IMG/VR virus record: IMGVR_UViG_3300034101_004323
Coordinates: 20,088 to 84,087 of that record
DNA: 64,000 bases
Reading direction: 5' to 3' (one strand)
DNA from: a virus
In this document: positions 1 through 9,015 of the stretch, piece after piece
Position numbering within the stretch: position 1 is the stretch's first letter
How the letters are laid out: each line of letters opens with the position of its first letter
Made by a program: the position numbers and the translations under genes
Notes under the pieces: generated by a model
The model's database searches: none
The model's input: the letters and a program-made list of their open reading frames with translations, nothing else
What the model was told of the DNA's origin: nothing

Positions 1-371
1 CAATTTTACAAAAGGGTCTATCATCAGACTCAGAGGAGAATGAATCTGTTGCTGAGACAGTAGAGAAACCTAGACGTAAAAGAGGAAAGATCCCACAGAT
101 AAATACTGCTCCACTAAAATCGACTACTCGTAATAAAAAATCAGAATCTTCAAACAGATTTGACTTAATGATGGAGAAAAACCTTCATAAGGAAGATCTT
201 GAAGTAGATAAATTATTATCAAAATATCCACCAACAATAAGATCAAGGGAATTTACTCCTGTCGAAGTAAAATGTAGAGTATGTGGAACAGAAGATAGTA
301 TTAATCCAGCATTAATGAATGACGCCCCAAATAGATATAAATGTAACAGATGTTCAAAGGAGCCGGGATAA
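1..371 (+). CDS. Hypothetical protein with C-terminal Zn ribbon, 5' truncated by the window edge
   Basis: The frame of ORF 168..371 is open back to position 3 (ILQKGLSSDSEENES...). It contains CRVC...CNRC. Its TAA overlaps the dnaB ATG (TAATG at 369-373). Confidence 0.75.
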   Translation, partial: ILQKGLSSDSEENESVAETVEKPRRKRGKIPQINTAPLKSTTRNKKSESSNRFDLMMEKNLHKEDLEVDKLLSKYPPTIRSREFTPVEVKCRVCGTEDSINPALMNDAPNRYKCNRCSKEPG

Positions 372-1828
372 TGGTTTTGTGTGATCCATCAGCAGAAAGA
401 GCTGTTCTGAGTTGCATTATGCAACACGGTGAAAAAGCTTATTATGAAATTAACGATATTATAAATGAATCCTGTTTTACTATAGATAGTAATCAACTTA
501 TTTATAGCTGTATTAAACATATATTTTCCAATGGTCAGGTTAGTACTCTTGACATAGCATCAATATATTCTGCCTCTCAAGATTTGGGTTTCTCTCATAT
601 CTTTAGCAAAAAAGAAGAGGCTCAACATTTAAAGGCTATTTTAGATTTTCCAGCAAATATAGCGAATATAAATCAATTTGCAACCAAAATCAAAAAACTA
701 GATATAGCAAGATCCTTACATAAAGAGCTAGAAGCAGCACAAGAAAAATTATTAGATGTTACTGGTTCAGAACCTATATCGTCAATATTATCTATAGCAG
801 AAGATACTCTGTTAGACTTTGGCTCTCACTTGTCTAATGATAATGAGCCGAAATCCATTGGCGATGATATAGATAATTATATCGAATACTTAAAAAGCAA
901 TCCGGTTGATCAGCTTGGCATATCAACAGGGTTTCCCATATATGACCATGCTATTGGTGGAGGTTTTAGAAAAGGAACCGTAAATGTTATTGCAGCAAGA
1001 CCAAAGGTAGGAAAAACATTATTGGCAGATAATATAGGATTTTTTATAGCAAATAAATTAGGTATTCCTGTATTAAATATGGATACAGAAATGAGTACTA
1101 AGGACCATATTCATAGAATATTGGCTATGATGACAGAGACAGAAATTAATAGTATAGAAACAGGCAAATTTGCTGCTACTCCAGCAACCAATAAAAAAAT
1201 AAACGATGCCACAGAATCTCTGAAAAATACAAAATTATATTATAAGTCAATTGCCGGTAAGCCTTTTGATGAACAACTAAGTATAATGAGAAGATGGTTG
1301 TGTAAAGATGTCGGACTGAATCCAGATGGAACAGCAAAGGATTGTGTTATTGTATATGATTATTTAAAACTAATGGATAGTGCTGGAATTAGTCAAGACT
1401 TAAAGGAATATCAGATTCTAGGTTTTATGATGACAGCATTACACAATTTTGCTGTTAAATATCAAGTACCTATCTTAAGTTTTATACAATTAAATAGAGA
1501 TGGTATTAGTAAAGAAAGCACAGACACGGCATCTGGATCAGATAGAATTATTTGGTTATGTAGTAATTTTTCTATATTCAAAAGAAAATCAGATGAAGAG
1601 ATGGCTGAGGACTCTGGTAAAAGTGGGAATAGAAAACTTATTCCTTTAATATCCAGACACGGTGGATGTCTAGACGATAATGATTATATTAATTTTGGCC
1701 TCAAAGGATGGTGTGCAAAAATCACAGAGGGCCAAACAAAACTAGAAATATCTAATGGTATTAAAAATCAAAAAGACGGATTTATCGTAAATGAAGACAA
1801 CAATGAAGAAGAAATCAGTTTCGTATAA
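371..1828 (+). CDS. dnaB: Replicative DNA helicase, DnaB family
   Basis: N-terminal AERAVLS, GISTGF, Walker A AARPKVGKT, DTEMS, Walker B VYDYLKLM, QLNR. Start placed at ATG 371, coupled to the upstream stop. Confidence 0.95.
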   Translation: MVLCDPSAERAVLSCIMQHGEKAYYEINDIINESCFTIDSNQLIYSCIKHIFSNGQVSTLDIASIYSASQDLGFSHIFSKKEEAQHLKAILDFPANIANINQFATKIKKLDIARSLHKELEAAQEKLLDVTGSEPISSILSIAEDTLLDFGSHLSNDNEPKSIGDDIDNYIEYLKSNPVDQLGISTGFPIYDHAIGGGFRKGTVNVIAARPKVGKTLLADNIGFFIANKLGIPVLNMDTEMSTKDHIHRILAMMTETEINSIETGKFAATPATNKKINDATESLKNTKLYYKSIAGKPFDEQLSIMRRWLCKDVGLNPDGTAKDCVIVYDYLKLMDSAGISQDLKEYQILGFMMTALHNFAVKYQVPILSFIQLNRDGISKESTDTASGSDRIIWLCSNFSIFKRKSDEEMAEDSGKSGNRKLIPLISRHGGCLDDNDYINFGLKGWCAKITEGQTKLEISNGIKNQKDGFIVNEDNNEEEISFV

Positions 1829-2951
1829 TCAGCATAAATTAAAACTATTATCAGATAAGCTATGCGATAATATAGAATCTTTATTAGATTATTTTGGTAT
1901 AGAATACAAGAGGTTATCTAAGATGATAACTATGAGTTGTCCTATACATGGTGGAGACAATTCATCCGCATTAAATCTATATCCAGAAGGCGATACATAT
2001 AGAGGTAACTGGAAATGCAGAACACATAATTGTGAAGAAGTATTTAAATCTTCAATTATTGGATTTATTAGAGGCATAATATCTCACAATAACCATAATT
2101 GGATTAAAAATGGAGACACAGTATGCTCTTTTGACGAGGCACTGCAATTTGCACAAAATTTTATAAAACAAAACTTATCAGATATAAAAATAGACAAGAA
2201 AACGATAGAAAAAAGTAGTTTTGTCAATACTATTAATTATATCAATATTAAACAAAATAATAATCAATCAAGAGTAACAAAACAACAGATTAGAAAATCT
2301 CTAACTATTCCATCACAATATTTTATTGATAGGGGATTCTCTGAAAATATATTAAATAAATATGATGTTGGAGATTGCACAACAAGCAATAAGGAAATGT
2401 CAAGTCGAGCCGTAGTACCAGTATATGATATTGACTATAAATATATGGTTGGTTGTACTGGAAGAAGCGTACATGAAAAATGCGAACAATGCTCATGCTT
2501 CCATGACAGTTCGGTATCCTGTCCAAAAGATGAATATTCTTGGCTAATGTCAAAATGGAGACATAATAAAGATTTTAAAACACAAGAATATTTATACAAT
2601 TATTGGTTCGCAAAAGATTTTATTAAAAAAACTGGATGCGCTATTATTGTAGAGAGTCCAGGTAATGTTTGGAGACTAGAAGAATCAGGAATACATAATT
2701 CTGTCGCTATTTTTGGCTGCTCGTTATCTGATAAACAGAAAATGTTATTAGATATTTCTGGAGCTTTGACACTAATTCTTATTATGGATAATGACGATGC
2801 TGGTAAAAAAGCAACAGATGCCATGATAAAAAAATGTCAAAAAATATATAATATCCATAATATAACGATAAAAAAAGAAGACATAGCCTCGATGAGTATT
2901 GATGAGATCAGACAAGAAATATTACCCGAATTAGAAAAATTATCCTTATGA
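1791..2951 (+). CDS. dnaG: DNA primase, DnaG-like (Zn finger + TOPRIM)
   Basis: CPIHGGDN...WKCRTHNC zinc-binding domain; VGCTGRS; YLYN; TOPRIM IVESPG and MDNDDAGKKA; adjacent to dnaB. Start may be ATG 1803. Confidence 0.88.
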   Translation: MKTTMKKKSVSYNQHKLKLLSDKLCDNIESLLDYFGIEYKRLSKMITMSCPIHGGDNSSALNLYPEGDTYRGNWKCRTHNCEEVFKSSIIGFIRGIISHNNHNWIKNGDTVCSFDEALQFAQNFIKQNLSDIKIDKKTIEKSSFVNTINYINIKQNNNQSRVTKQQIRKSLTIPSQYFIDRGFSENILNKYDVGDCTTSNKEMSSRAVVPVYDIDYKYMVGCTGRSVHEKCEQCSCFHDSSVSCPKDEYSWLMSKWRHNKDFKTQEYLYNYWFAKDFIKKTGCAIIVESPGNVWRLEESGIHNSVAIFGCSLSDKQKMLLDISGALTLILIMDNDDAGKKATDAMIKKCQKIYNIHNITIKKEDIASMSIDEIRQEILPELEKLSL

Positions 2952-3538
2952 CAAAAATAATAGCATTCGCAGGAAGAAAACAATCAGGAAAAACAACATG
3001 CTCCGAATTTGTAGCTAATTGTTATGCTGGTTCTTTGTTAGGAACGCCACAAATATATAACTTTGCAGATCCATTAAAAAAAGATATATGTATGAATATT
3101 TTAGGCTTATCATATGACCAATGCTATGGTAGTGATGAAAATAAAAATACATTTACAGATTGTTATTGGCAAGATACTAGACTAACCGCACGAGAGGTTA
3201 TGCAATTTGTTGGTACAGATCTGTTTCGTAAAATGAAAAATAATGTTTGGGCATCGGCTACAATTAATAAAATTAAATTAGAACAACCAAAATTAGCTAT
3301 TATTGCCGATTGTAGATTTCCTAATGAAGTTGAAGCAATTCAAAATGCTGGAGGATTAGTAATAAAATTGACACGAAATCCATATGGTTCTGATCACGAT
3401 AGTGAAACAGCATTAGATCCTGAAAGATATTCTACTGAAAATTTTGATCTTATTATTGAAAATACTCATATGACTATTGGAGAACAAAATAAACTTATAC
3501 ATCAATATCTTATGGATAAAGGAATACTCTCATTATAA
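2948..3538 (+). CDS. Deoxynucleoside monophosphate kinase (T4 gp1-like)
   Basis: P-loop AGRKQSGKTT, FADPLK, REVMQFVGTDLFR, DCRFPNE, HDSET. Confidence 0.9.
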   Translation: MTKIIAFAGRKQSGKTTCSEFVANCYAGSLLGTPQIYNFADPLKKDICMNILGLSYDQCYGSDENKNTFTDCYWQDTRLTAREVMQFVGTDLFRKMKNNVWASATINKIKLEQPKLAIIADCRFPNEVEAIQNAGGLVIKLTRNPYGSDHDSETALDPERYSTENFDLIIENTHMTIGEQNKLIHQYLMDKGILSL

Positions 3539-4584
3539 TAACATATTTTAGGTCTTCAAGCTTTAATGCTCATTCAATGTGTGAGCAACAGTATTTTATA
3601 GAATACGTTCTTGGATGGAGAGGTCCGTCTGGACAAAAAGCAGATAAAGGAACGATAGTTCATAAAGTATTAGAAATTTTAGCTGTTATTAAAAAAGCAG
3701 AACAAGATAATCAATTAACTATAAATGATGATATAGCAGGCATTATAGACATTACTAATTATGATTTAGACAATATTATTGATTTAATATACAATCATTA
3801 CTCGTTATCTGCAAAACATCATAAATGGAGTCCAAAAGATAAAAAGGACTGTAGTGAGTGGGTATATAAAGCTATTAAATTCAATGATGGTATGTTTGAT
3901 CCAAGAAATAGAAAAATTCTTGAACCAGAACAGCACTTTGACTTTACTATAAATAAGTCGTGGTCAAAATACTCGTTCAAGACTGATGATGGTATAATAT
4001 CTGGTAATCTTGCCTTAAAAGGTACAATAGACCTAATCACTCTTGTTAATGATAATACTATAGAAATAATTGACTGGAAAACAGGCAGAAGACTAGATTG
4101 GGCCACAGGTCAAGAAAAAACTCAAGAAAAACTAGAAAATGATCCGCAGTTAAGAATATATCATTATGCTATTAGTCAGCTATATCCAAATATAGATCAT
4201 ATTATATTTTCAATATATTTTATAAATGATGGTGGTCCATTTTCAATATGTTTTGACAAGAGTGATCTTCAAAAAACAGAAGATATGTTAAGACAAAAAT
4301 TTGAAATTATAAAATCGTCAAAAAAACCAAAATTACATAAAAGTTGGATGTGTAATAAACTATGTCATTTTGGTAAAACAAATTTTTCTGATTCTAATAT
4401 TTTACCAATTTTAGAATATAGAGATAGTCAAACATGTAAGCAGGGCGAGTTTATGACAAAATGCGAACAAATCAAACACGATTTAGAGTTGCATGGCATG
4501 GATTCTGTGGTACAATCATACAAACACCCAAATCATTCGTTTGGTAAATATAAGGCTCCAGGAAGCATAGAGGAGAATAAATGA
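3532..4584 (+). CDS. PD-(D/E)XK exonuclease, Cas4/AddB-like; probable ATT start (first ATG is at 3577)
   Basis: GTIVHKVLE, GTIDL, IIDWKTG, QLRIY, one N-terminal Cys plus C-terminal WMCNKLC...C. The frame is open from 3520 and reads IIITYFRSSSFNAHS before MCEQQ. Confidence 0.85.
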   Translation: MIITYFRSSSFNAHSMCEQQYFIEYVLGWRGPSGQKADKGTIVHKVLEILAVIKKAEQDNQLTINDDIAGIIDITNYDLDNIIDLIYNHYSLSAKHHKWSPKDKKDCSEWVYKAIKFNDGMFDPRNRKILEPEQHFDFTINKSWSKYSFKTDDGIISGNLALKGTIDLITLVNDNTIEIIDWKTGRRLDWATGQEKTQEKLENDPQLRIYHYAISQLYPNIDHIIFSIYFINDGGPFSICFDKSDLQKTEDMLRQKFEIIKSSKKPKLHKSWMCNKLCHFGKTNFSDSNILPILEYRDSQTCKQGEFMTKCEQIKHDLELHGMDSVVQSYKHPNHSFGKYKAPGSIEENK

Positions 4585-4628
4585 TGGACGTGATTAAGGA
4601 ATATGCCCCTTTACACGTCCATTCCTAA
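4581..4628 (+). CDS. 15-aa mini-ORF MMDVIKEYAPLHVHS, the true N-terminus (PHP motif I, HxH) of DnaE, ended by in-frame TAA
   Basis: GAGGAG SD at 4570-4575; ATGA overlap with the upstream stop; same frame as 4629..6461; YAPLHVHS matches the DnaE N-terminal consensus. Confidence 0.85.
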   Translation: MMDVIKEYAPLHVHS

Positions 4629-4656
4629 GTGACTCATTATTCACTTTTGGATGGGC
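4617..4656 (+). other. RNA stem-loop spanning the dnaE internal stop
   Basis: AAGTGA (4627-4632) pairs with TCACTT (4641-4646); TCC (4623-4625) with GGA (4649-4651); GTCCA (4617-4621) with TGGGC (4652-4656); 8-nt loop. Confidence 0.65.
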
Positions 4657-6461
4657 TCAGTAAACCAGAACAAATAGCTAAAAGATGCCAAAAAATTGGA
4701 TCTAAGATTTGTGCTATAACAGATCATGGAACAATATCTGGCGCTGTACAGTTCTATTCGTCTATGAAAAAATATGGTATCAAACCGATATTAGGTTGTG
4801 AGCTATATTTATCTGATAATGATTGTACAATCAAAACTCCTGATAATGCTAAATTAAGCCATTTTATAGTTCTGGCTAAAAACTATAATGGATGGAAATC
4901 TTTAATCAAAATTATTTCCAGGTCTAATAATCCTGATATTTTTTATCATAAACCAAGAATAGATATAGATACTTTATTGCCATACTTAGATGGTAATATT
5001 ATAGGTTTTGCTGGTCATCTTGGATCATTAGTTGCAAATAGCATAAAAAACAATGACTCTAATACTACTATTAATCTTATTCAAAAGTTGAAAGACGGAT
5101 TTGGAGAAAATAATTTTTTTCTAGAAGCTCAATTAATAGACCAAGAACAAAATAAAGATCAAATTGATCTTACAAAAGAAATTAGAAGATTAGCACAAAT
5201 AACAAATACTAGAGTAATAGCCACACCAGATGCTCATTATTGTGAATCTGAAGACGCTGTTGATCAGAGGATTCTACTGTGTAATAATCTTAAGACAACA
5301 TTAACAGATATTAATAGAAAACTTATATCTGATGAAGATACTCCTATGTCTTGTTTTTTTAAATCTGATAAGTATCATATTCCTTCTTTTGAAGAAATGA
5401 GCGAAATACATAATCATAATGAATTAGAAGCAACATTAGAATTAGCTTCTATGTGTGAAGACTATGATATAACCAACAAACCAATGTTGCCATTATTTCA
5501 ATGTCCAAATAATGATAATCCGGACGAATATCTTAGACAGTTATGTAGGAATGGCTGGAAAGATAAAATAGCAAATATTATAGATCAAGATAAACAAGAA
5601 GAATACGTTAATAGAATCAAATACGAACTGTCTGTTTTACAAGGGGCTGGTCTGTCTAGCTACTTTTTAATAGTGCAGGACATAGTTAATTATGTATCGT
5701 CTAATGGGTGGTTACCAGGACCAGGAAGAGGTAGTGCGGCCGGTTGTCTGGTCTCATATTTGATAGGAATAACTAGTATAGATCCCATCAAAAATGATCT
5801 AATATTTGAAAGATTCTATAATGCAGGAAGAAATACACAGGATCGAGTGTCCATGCCAGATATAGATGTTGACGTTCCTATTAATAAGAGAGAAGCTGTT
5901 GTCGAATATATTAAAGATAAGTATGGTCATGATAAAGTCTCTCAGATGATAACATACAATACTATGAAAGGGAGAGGAGCACTTAAAGAGGTATTGAGAG
6001 TATATGGTAATATATCTTTCGACGAAATGAATAAAATAACAAAGTACATACCCGATGAAGCAAAGATAGCCGATGAATTGCAAGAAATGAAAGAAGAAAC
6101 AGGAGAGGCTTCTATTATACGCTGGGCTTTAGAGAATAATGTTGACAAACTCAAGGAATGGTGTTATTTATTAGATGATGGAACTCTATCCGGACCCCTC
6201 GCTAAAAGATTTGAGCAGGCTATTCGTTTAGAGGGCACTAAGTCTAACCAATCAAAACACGCTGCTGGTGTTGTAATATCTCAAGAAAAATTATCAGAAA
6301 TATGCCCAATGGTTTACGATAGTAAAAATAAACAATTAATAGCTGGTATGGAAATGCAAGATCTTGAATCTTTAGGTGTAATCAAATTTGATATTCTTGG
6401 AATAGCAATGTTAGATAAAATCATGAATATTTCTCAAATATTATCATTAGAAGGAGTTTAA
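4629..6461 (+). CDS. dnaE: DNA polymerase III alpha, N-terminal part (PHP + palm/thumb)
   Basis: HYSLLDG, AITDHG, GCELY, DAHY, GPGRGSAAG, FERF, catalytic MPDIDVD, HAAGVVI, KFDILG. The ORF ends shortly after KFDILG. Confidence 0.95.
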   Translation: MTHYSLLDGLSKPEQIAKRCQKIGSKICAITDHGTISGAVQFYSSMKKYGIKPILGCELYLSDNDCTIKTPDNAKLSHFIVLAKNYNGWKSLIKIISRSNNPDIFYHKPRIDIDTLLPYLDGNIIGFAGHLGSLVANSIKNNDSNTTINLIQKLKDGFGENNFFLEAQLIDQEQNKDQIDLTKEIRRLAQITNTRVIATPDAHYCESEDAVDQRILLCNNLKTTLTDINRKLISDEDTPMSCFFKSDKYHIPSFEEMSEIHNHNELEATLELASMCEDYDITNKPMLPLFQCPNNDNPDEYLRQLCRNGWKDKIANIIDQDKQEEYVNRIKYELSVLQGAGLSSYFLIVQDIVNYVSSNGWLPGPGRGSAAGCLVSYLIGITSIDPIKNDLIFERFYNAGRNTQDRVSMPDIDVDVPINKREAVVEYIKDKYGHDKVSQMITYNTMKGRGALKEVLRVYGNISFDEMNKITKYIPDEAKIADELQEMKEETGEASIIRWALENNVDKLKEWCYLLDDGTLSGPLAKRFEQAIRLEGTKSNQSKHAAGVVISQEKLSEICPMVYDSKNKQLIAGMEMQDLESLGVIKFDILGIAMLDKIMNISQILSLEGV

Positions 6462-6462
6462 T

Positions 6463-6642
6463 ATGAATAAAGTATTTTCTGAATTAGCAGTCGGTGAAAG
6501 ATTCAATTTAAATGGCGTCGATTATATAAAGATACAAGAAGTCAGAGTTAGTTGTTGCAGATCTATAAATGCTCAGGATGCAAATAATCCAGCAACCAAA
6601 ACATTTGTCCAAGCTTCAACAACGGTAACTATTAATGCCTAA
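6463..6642 (+). CDS. 59-aa hypothetical protein, absent from the ORF track
   Basis: AAGGAG SD at 6451-6456; ATG 6463; MNKVFSELAVGERFNLNGVDYIKIQEVRVSCCRSINAQDANNPATKTFVQASTTVTINA*; fills the gap exactly and overlaps the next start. Confidence 0.8.
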   Translation: MNKVFSELAVGERFNLNGVDYIKIQEVRVSCCRSINAQDANNPATKTFVQASTTVTINA

Positions 6643-7336
6643 TTTTCAAAAAATCTGTGTTTTCGACATGGAAACGGACGGGATTAACCCGGATGTTTGC
6701 AGTCCAGTACAAATCGCTGCTGTTGTTATTGATCCAATAAAATTAGAAATAGTCAAAGATTCAGAATTTAATATAAATCTCAAGCCAGAACTTTTAGAAA
6801 ATAATACAAGTTATGCCTATGAGGACAGTGATGTTTTGGATTTTCATTCCAAAGTTAGAGGATGTTCTAAAGCAGCAATCCTTGACTCATGGAAAAAATA
6901 CCAGTCACAAGAGGCTGGCTGGAAAATGTTTGTCTCTTATCTTGAAATGTATCACATTAAATCAAAGGGAAATAAAAAATCCTGCTTTTCTGCACCAATT
7001 GCTGCTGGATTTAATATTAATAGATTTGATTTGCGTATTATAGAAAGATTAAGTAAAAAACATAATAATCTTAATAAAGAAGGAAGATCTTCTTTATTCT
7101 ATCCAAGAGATGTTATTGATGTTATGAACTTATTATTTTATTGGTTCGAATACAATAATGAGTTAAAAAACTATACATTAGATAATCTAAGAGACTATCT
7201 TGGCATAAATAAAGACAATGCTCACGATGCACTAAAGGACGTAAAAGATACAGCAGACATTATGACTAGATTTTTAAAACTACATAGAAGCCTATCTAAT
7301 AAGGTTAAATTCAAAGGATCTTTTATAAATGCCTAA
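6635..7336 (+). CDS. DEDDh 3'-5' exonuclease (DnaQ/epsilon-like proofreader)
   Basis: ExoI FDMETDG, ExoII GFNINRFD, ExoIII AHDALKDV; lies between the two dnaE halves. Confidence 0.9.
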   Translation: MPNFQKICVFDMETDGINPDVCSPVQIAAVVIDPIKLEIVKDSEFNINLKPELLENNTSYAYEDSDVLDFHSKVRGCSKAAILDSWKKYQSQEAGWKMFVSYLEMYHIKSKGNKKSCFSAPIAAGFNINRFDLRIIERLSKKHNNLNKEGRSSLFYPRDVIDVMNLLFYWFEYNNELKNYTLDNLRDYLGINKDNAHDALKDVKDTADIMTRFLKLHRSLSNKVKFKGSFINA

Positions 7337-8945
7337 ATGGTCATTTGATTGTGGATGTTGTTTTGATATAATAGGATCATCTGGAGATAAACATAAGCTT
7401 GTCTTCTCTCCCAAGATAGAATCTATAAACTTATCATGCTCAAAAACATGGGAACTAATTTCTTCTGGCAACACAAAAGGCTGTTTTCAGTTAGAATCTA
7501 GGCTTGGGCAAATGATGGCAAAAAAGCTTAAGCCTGAAAATATAGAACAATTATCTGGTCTGATTAGTATTTTAAGACCAGGGTGCTTGGAAGCAATTAG
7601 AGAAGGTAAAAGCGTAACCAATCACTATATAGACAAAAAGAATGGATTAGAGTCTATAAATTATTTTCATGAATCATTAGAGAGATCTCTCAGTACAACA
7701 TACGGAGAGATGATATATCAAGAACAAGCCATGTCAATAGCAAAAGATTTGGCTGGATTTGATCTACAAGAAGCTGATTCTTTAAGAAAAGCCATTGGTA
7801 AGAAAAAACCTGAAGAAATGGCTAAAGTTAAACAGAAATTTTTAGACGGAGCAAAAAAACTAGGCGTTGTAAATATACAAGAAGCAGAAGAGATCTTTGG
7901 ATGGATAGAAAAAAGTCAAAGATATTCATTTAATAAATCTCACGGAATATCCTATGCTATGAACGCATACCTATCGGCTTATGCAAAAGCTCATTTTCCA
8001 GAAGCATTTTTTGTATCTTATTTAAAATTTGCAAAAGATAAAATAGATCCACAGCAAGAAATAAAAGAGTTAATAAAGAATGCTAATGAAATGGATATCC
8101 TGGTTTGCCTTCCAGATTTAAGACTGAAAAATCCAAATTTTGGCATTTTTAATAACAAGATTTATTTTGGTTTAACAGATATAAAAGGAGTTGGAGATTC
8201 TGTCTTCAGTAAGATCACTGATATCTGTATAAATATTGATCTTTATAATCTTGGATGGATGGATTTATTATTAAAGCTATTACTTAATATTAATTCGACA
8301 GCTGCAAAAGCTCTTATTTCTAGTGGAGCTATAGATTATGTATCAAAAAATAGAACAGAAATGTTATTTGAGTTCGAAATTATTAGTTCATTAACTAAAA
8401 AAGAAATAGAATATGCTAGTATGGTTACTCAAACAACAACATCTACTAAAGACATGTTAACCTATTTACTTAACCATAATAAGGTTAATGTAAAACGAAA
8501 ACAGATAATACAAAGTTTATTACAGAGTGTTAATAAGCCACCTTATTCTTTAATAGATAAGATAGAATGGCTTGCTGATACTGAAGCTTCTTTGCTCGGA
8601 ACTGCTATATCCTGTTCTAAGTTAGATAGTTATGATATAGAAATGACTAATGTAGACTGTAAAACATTTAAAACCAGTAATAATGCTGCTAATATTATTA
8701 TCGCTGGGGAAATTACTAATATTAATGTTGTAAAAACTAAAAAAGGAAAATTACCAGGACAAGAAATGTCTTTTGTTTCAATAGAGGATCAAACAGGGGC
8801 CTTAGATTCTGTTATATTTTTTCCAGAAACATATGCTAAATATAAGCATTATTTATTTGAAAATAATATTCTTATTTTTATTGGAAATAAAAGCAAAACC
8901 AAAGACGGTCTGGTTGTAGATAAATGTTTCGTTCCCAAGTCTTGA
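7329..8945 (+). CDS. dnaE: DNA polymerase III alpha, C-terminal part (fingers, HhH, OB fold)
   Basis: TKGCFQLES, LRPG, IYQEQ, LRKAIGKK, YSFNKSH, FGLTDIKGVG, OB fold IAGEIT...KTKKG...MSFVSIEDQTG. Confidence 0.93.
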   Translation: MPKWSFDCGCCFDIIGSSGDKHKLVFSPKIESINLSCSKTWELISSGNTKGCFQLESRLGQMMAKKLKPENIEQLSGLISILRPGCLEAIREGKSVTNHYIDKKNGLESINYFHESLERSLSTTYGEMIYQEQAMSIAKDLAGFDLQEADSLRKAIGKKKPEEMAKVKQKFLDGAKKLGVVNIQEAEEIFGWIEKSQRYSFNKSHGISYAMNAYLSAYAKAHFPEAFFVSYLKFAKDKIDPQQEIKELIKNANEMDILVCLPDLRLKNPNFGIFNNKIYFGLTDIKGVGDSVFSKITDICINIDLYNLGWMDLLLKLLLNINSTAAKALISSGAIDYVSKNRTEMLFEFEIISSLTKKEIEYASMVTQTTTSTKDMLTYLLNHNKVNVKRKQIIQSLLQSVNKPPYSLIDKIEWLADTEASLLGTAISCSKLDSYDIEMTNVDCKTFKTSNNAANIIIAGEITNINVVKTKKGKLPGQEMSFVSIEDQTGALDSVIFFPETYAKYKHYLFENNILIFIGNKSKTKDGLVVDKCFVPKS

Positions 8946-8970
8946 CATTTGAACGCGACCGGGCTATAAT
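8942..8970 (+). promoter_or_regulatory. Consensus sigma70-type promoter for ssb
   Basis: TTGACA (8942-8947), 17-nt spacer, TATAAT (8965-8970). Confidence 0.9.
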
Positions 8971-9015
8971 AGCTGCGTGGGTTGAATTTGTACTTTAATT
9001 TTGAGGAGATTTGAT

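Noticed and set aside
3532-4584. CRISPR-Cas locus suggested by the Cas4-like gene
   Set aside because: No repeat-spacer array or other cas genes are present. Stand-alone Cas4-like nucleases are common in phage replication modules.
4626-4628. Genome-wide stop-codon reassignment as the explanation for the dnaE TAA
   Set aside because: TAA, TGA and TAG all end genes normally here, and very long ORFs are intact under the standard code. Reassignment would also not explain the extra codons.
6400-7450. Split intein or group I intron joining the dnaE halves
   Set aside because: No intein terminal motifs are visible, and the interval is fully occupied by two coupled ORFs with no room for a ribozyme core.
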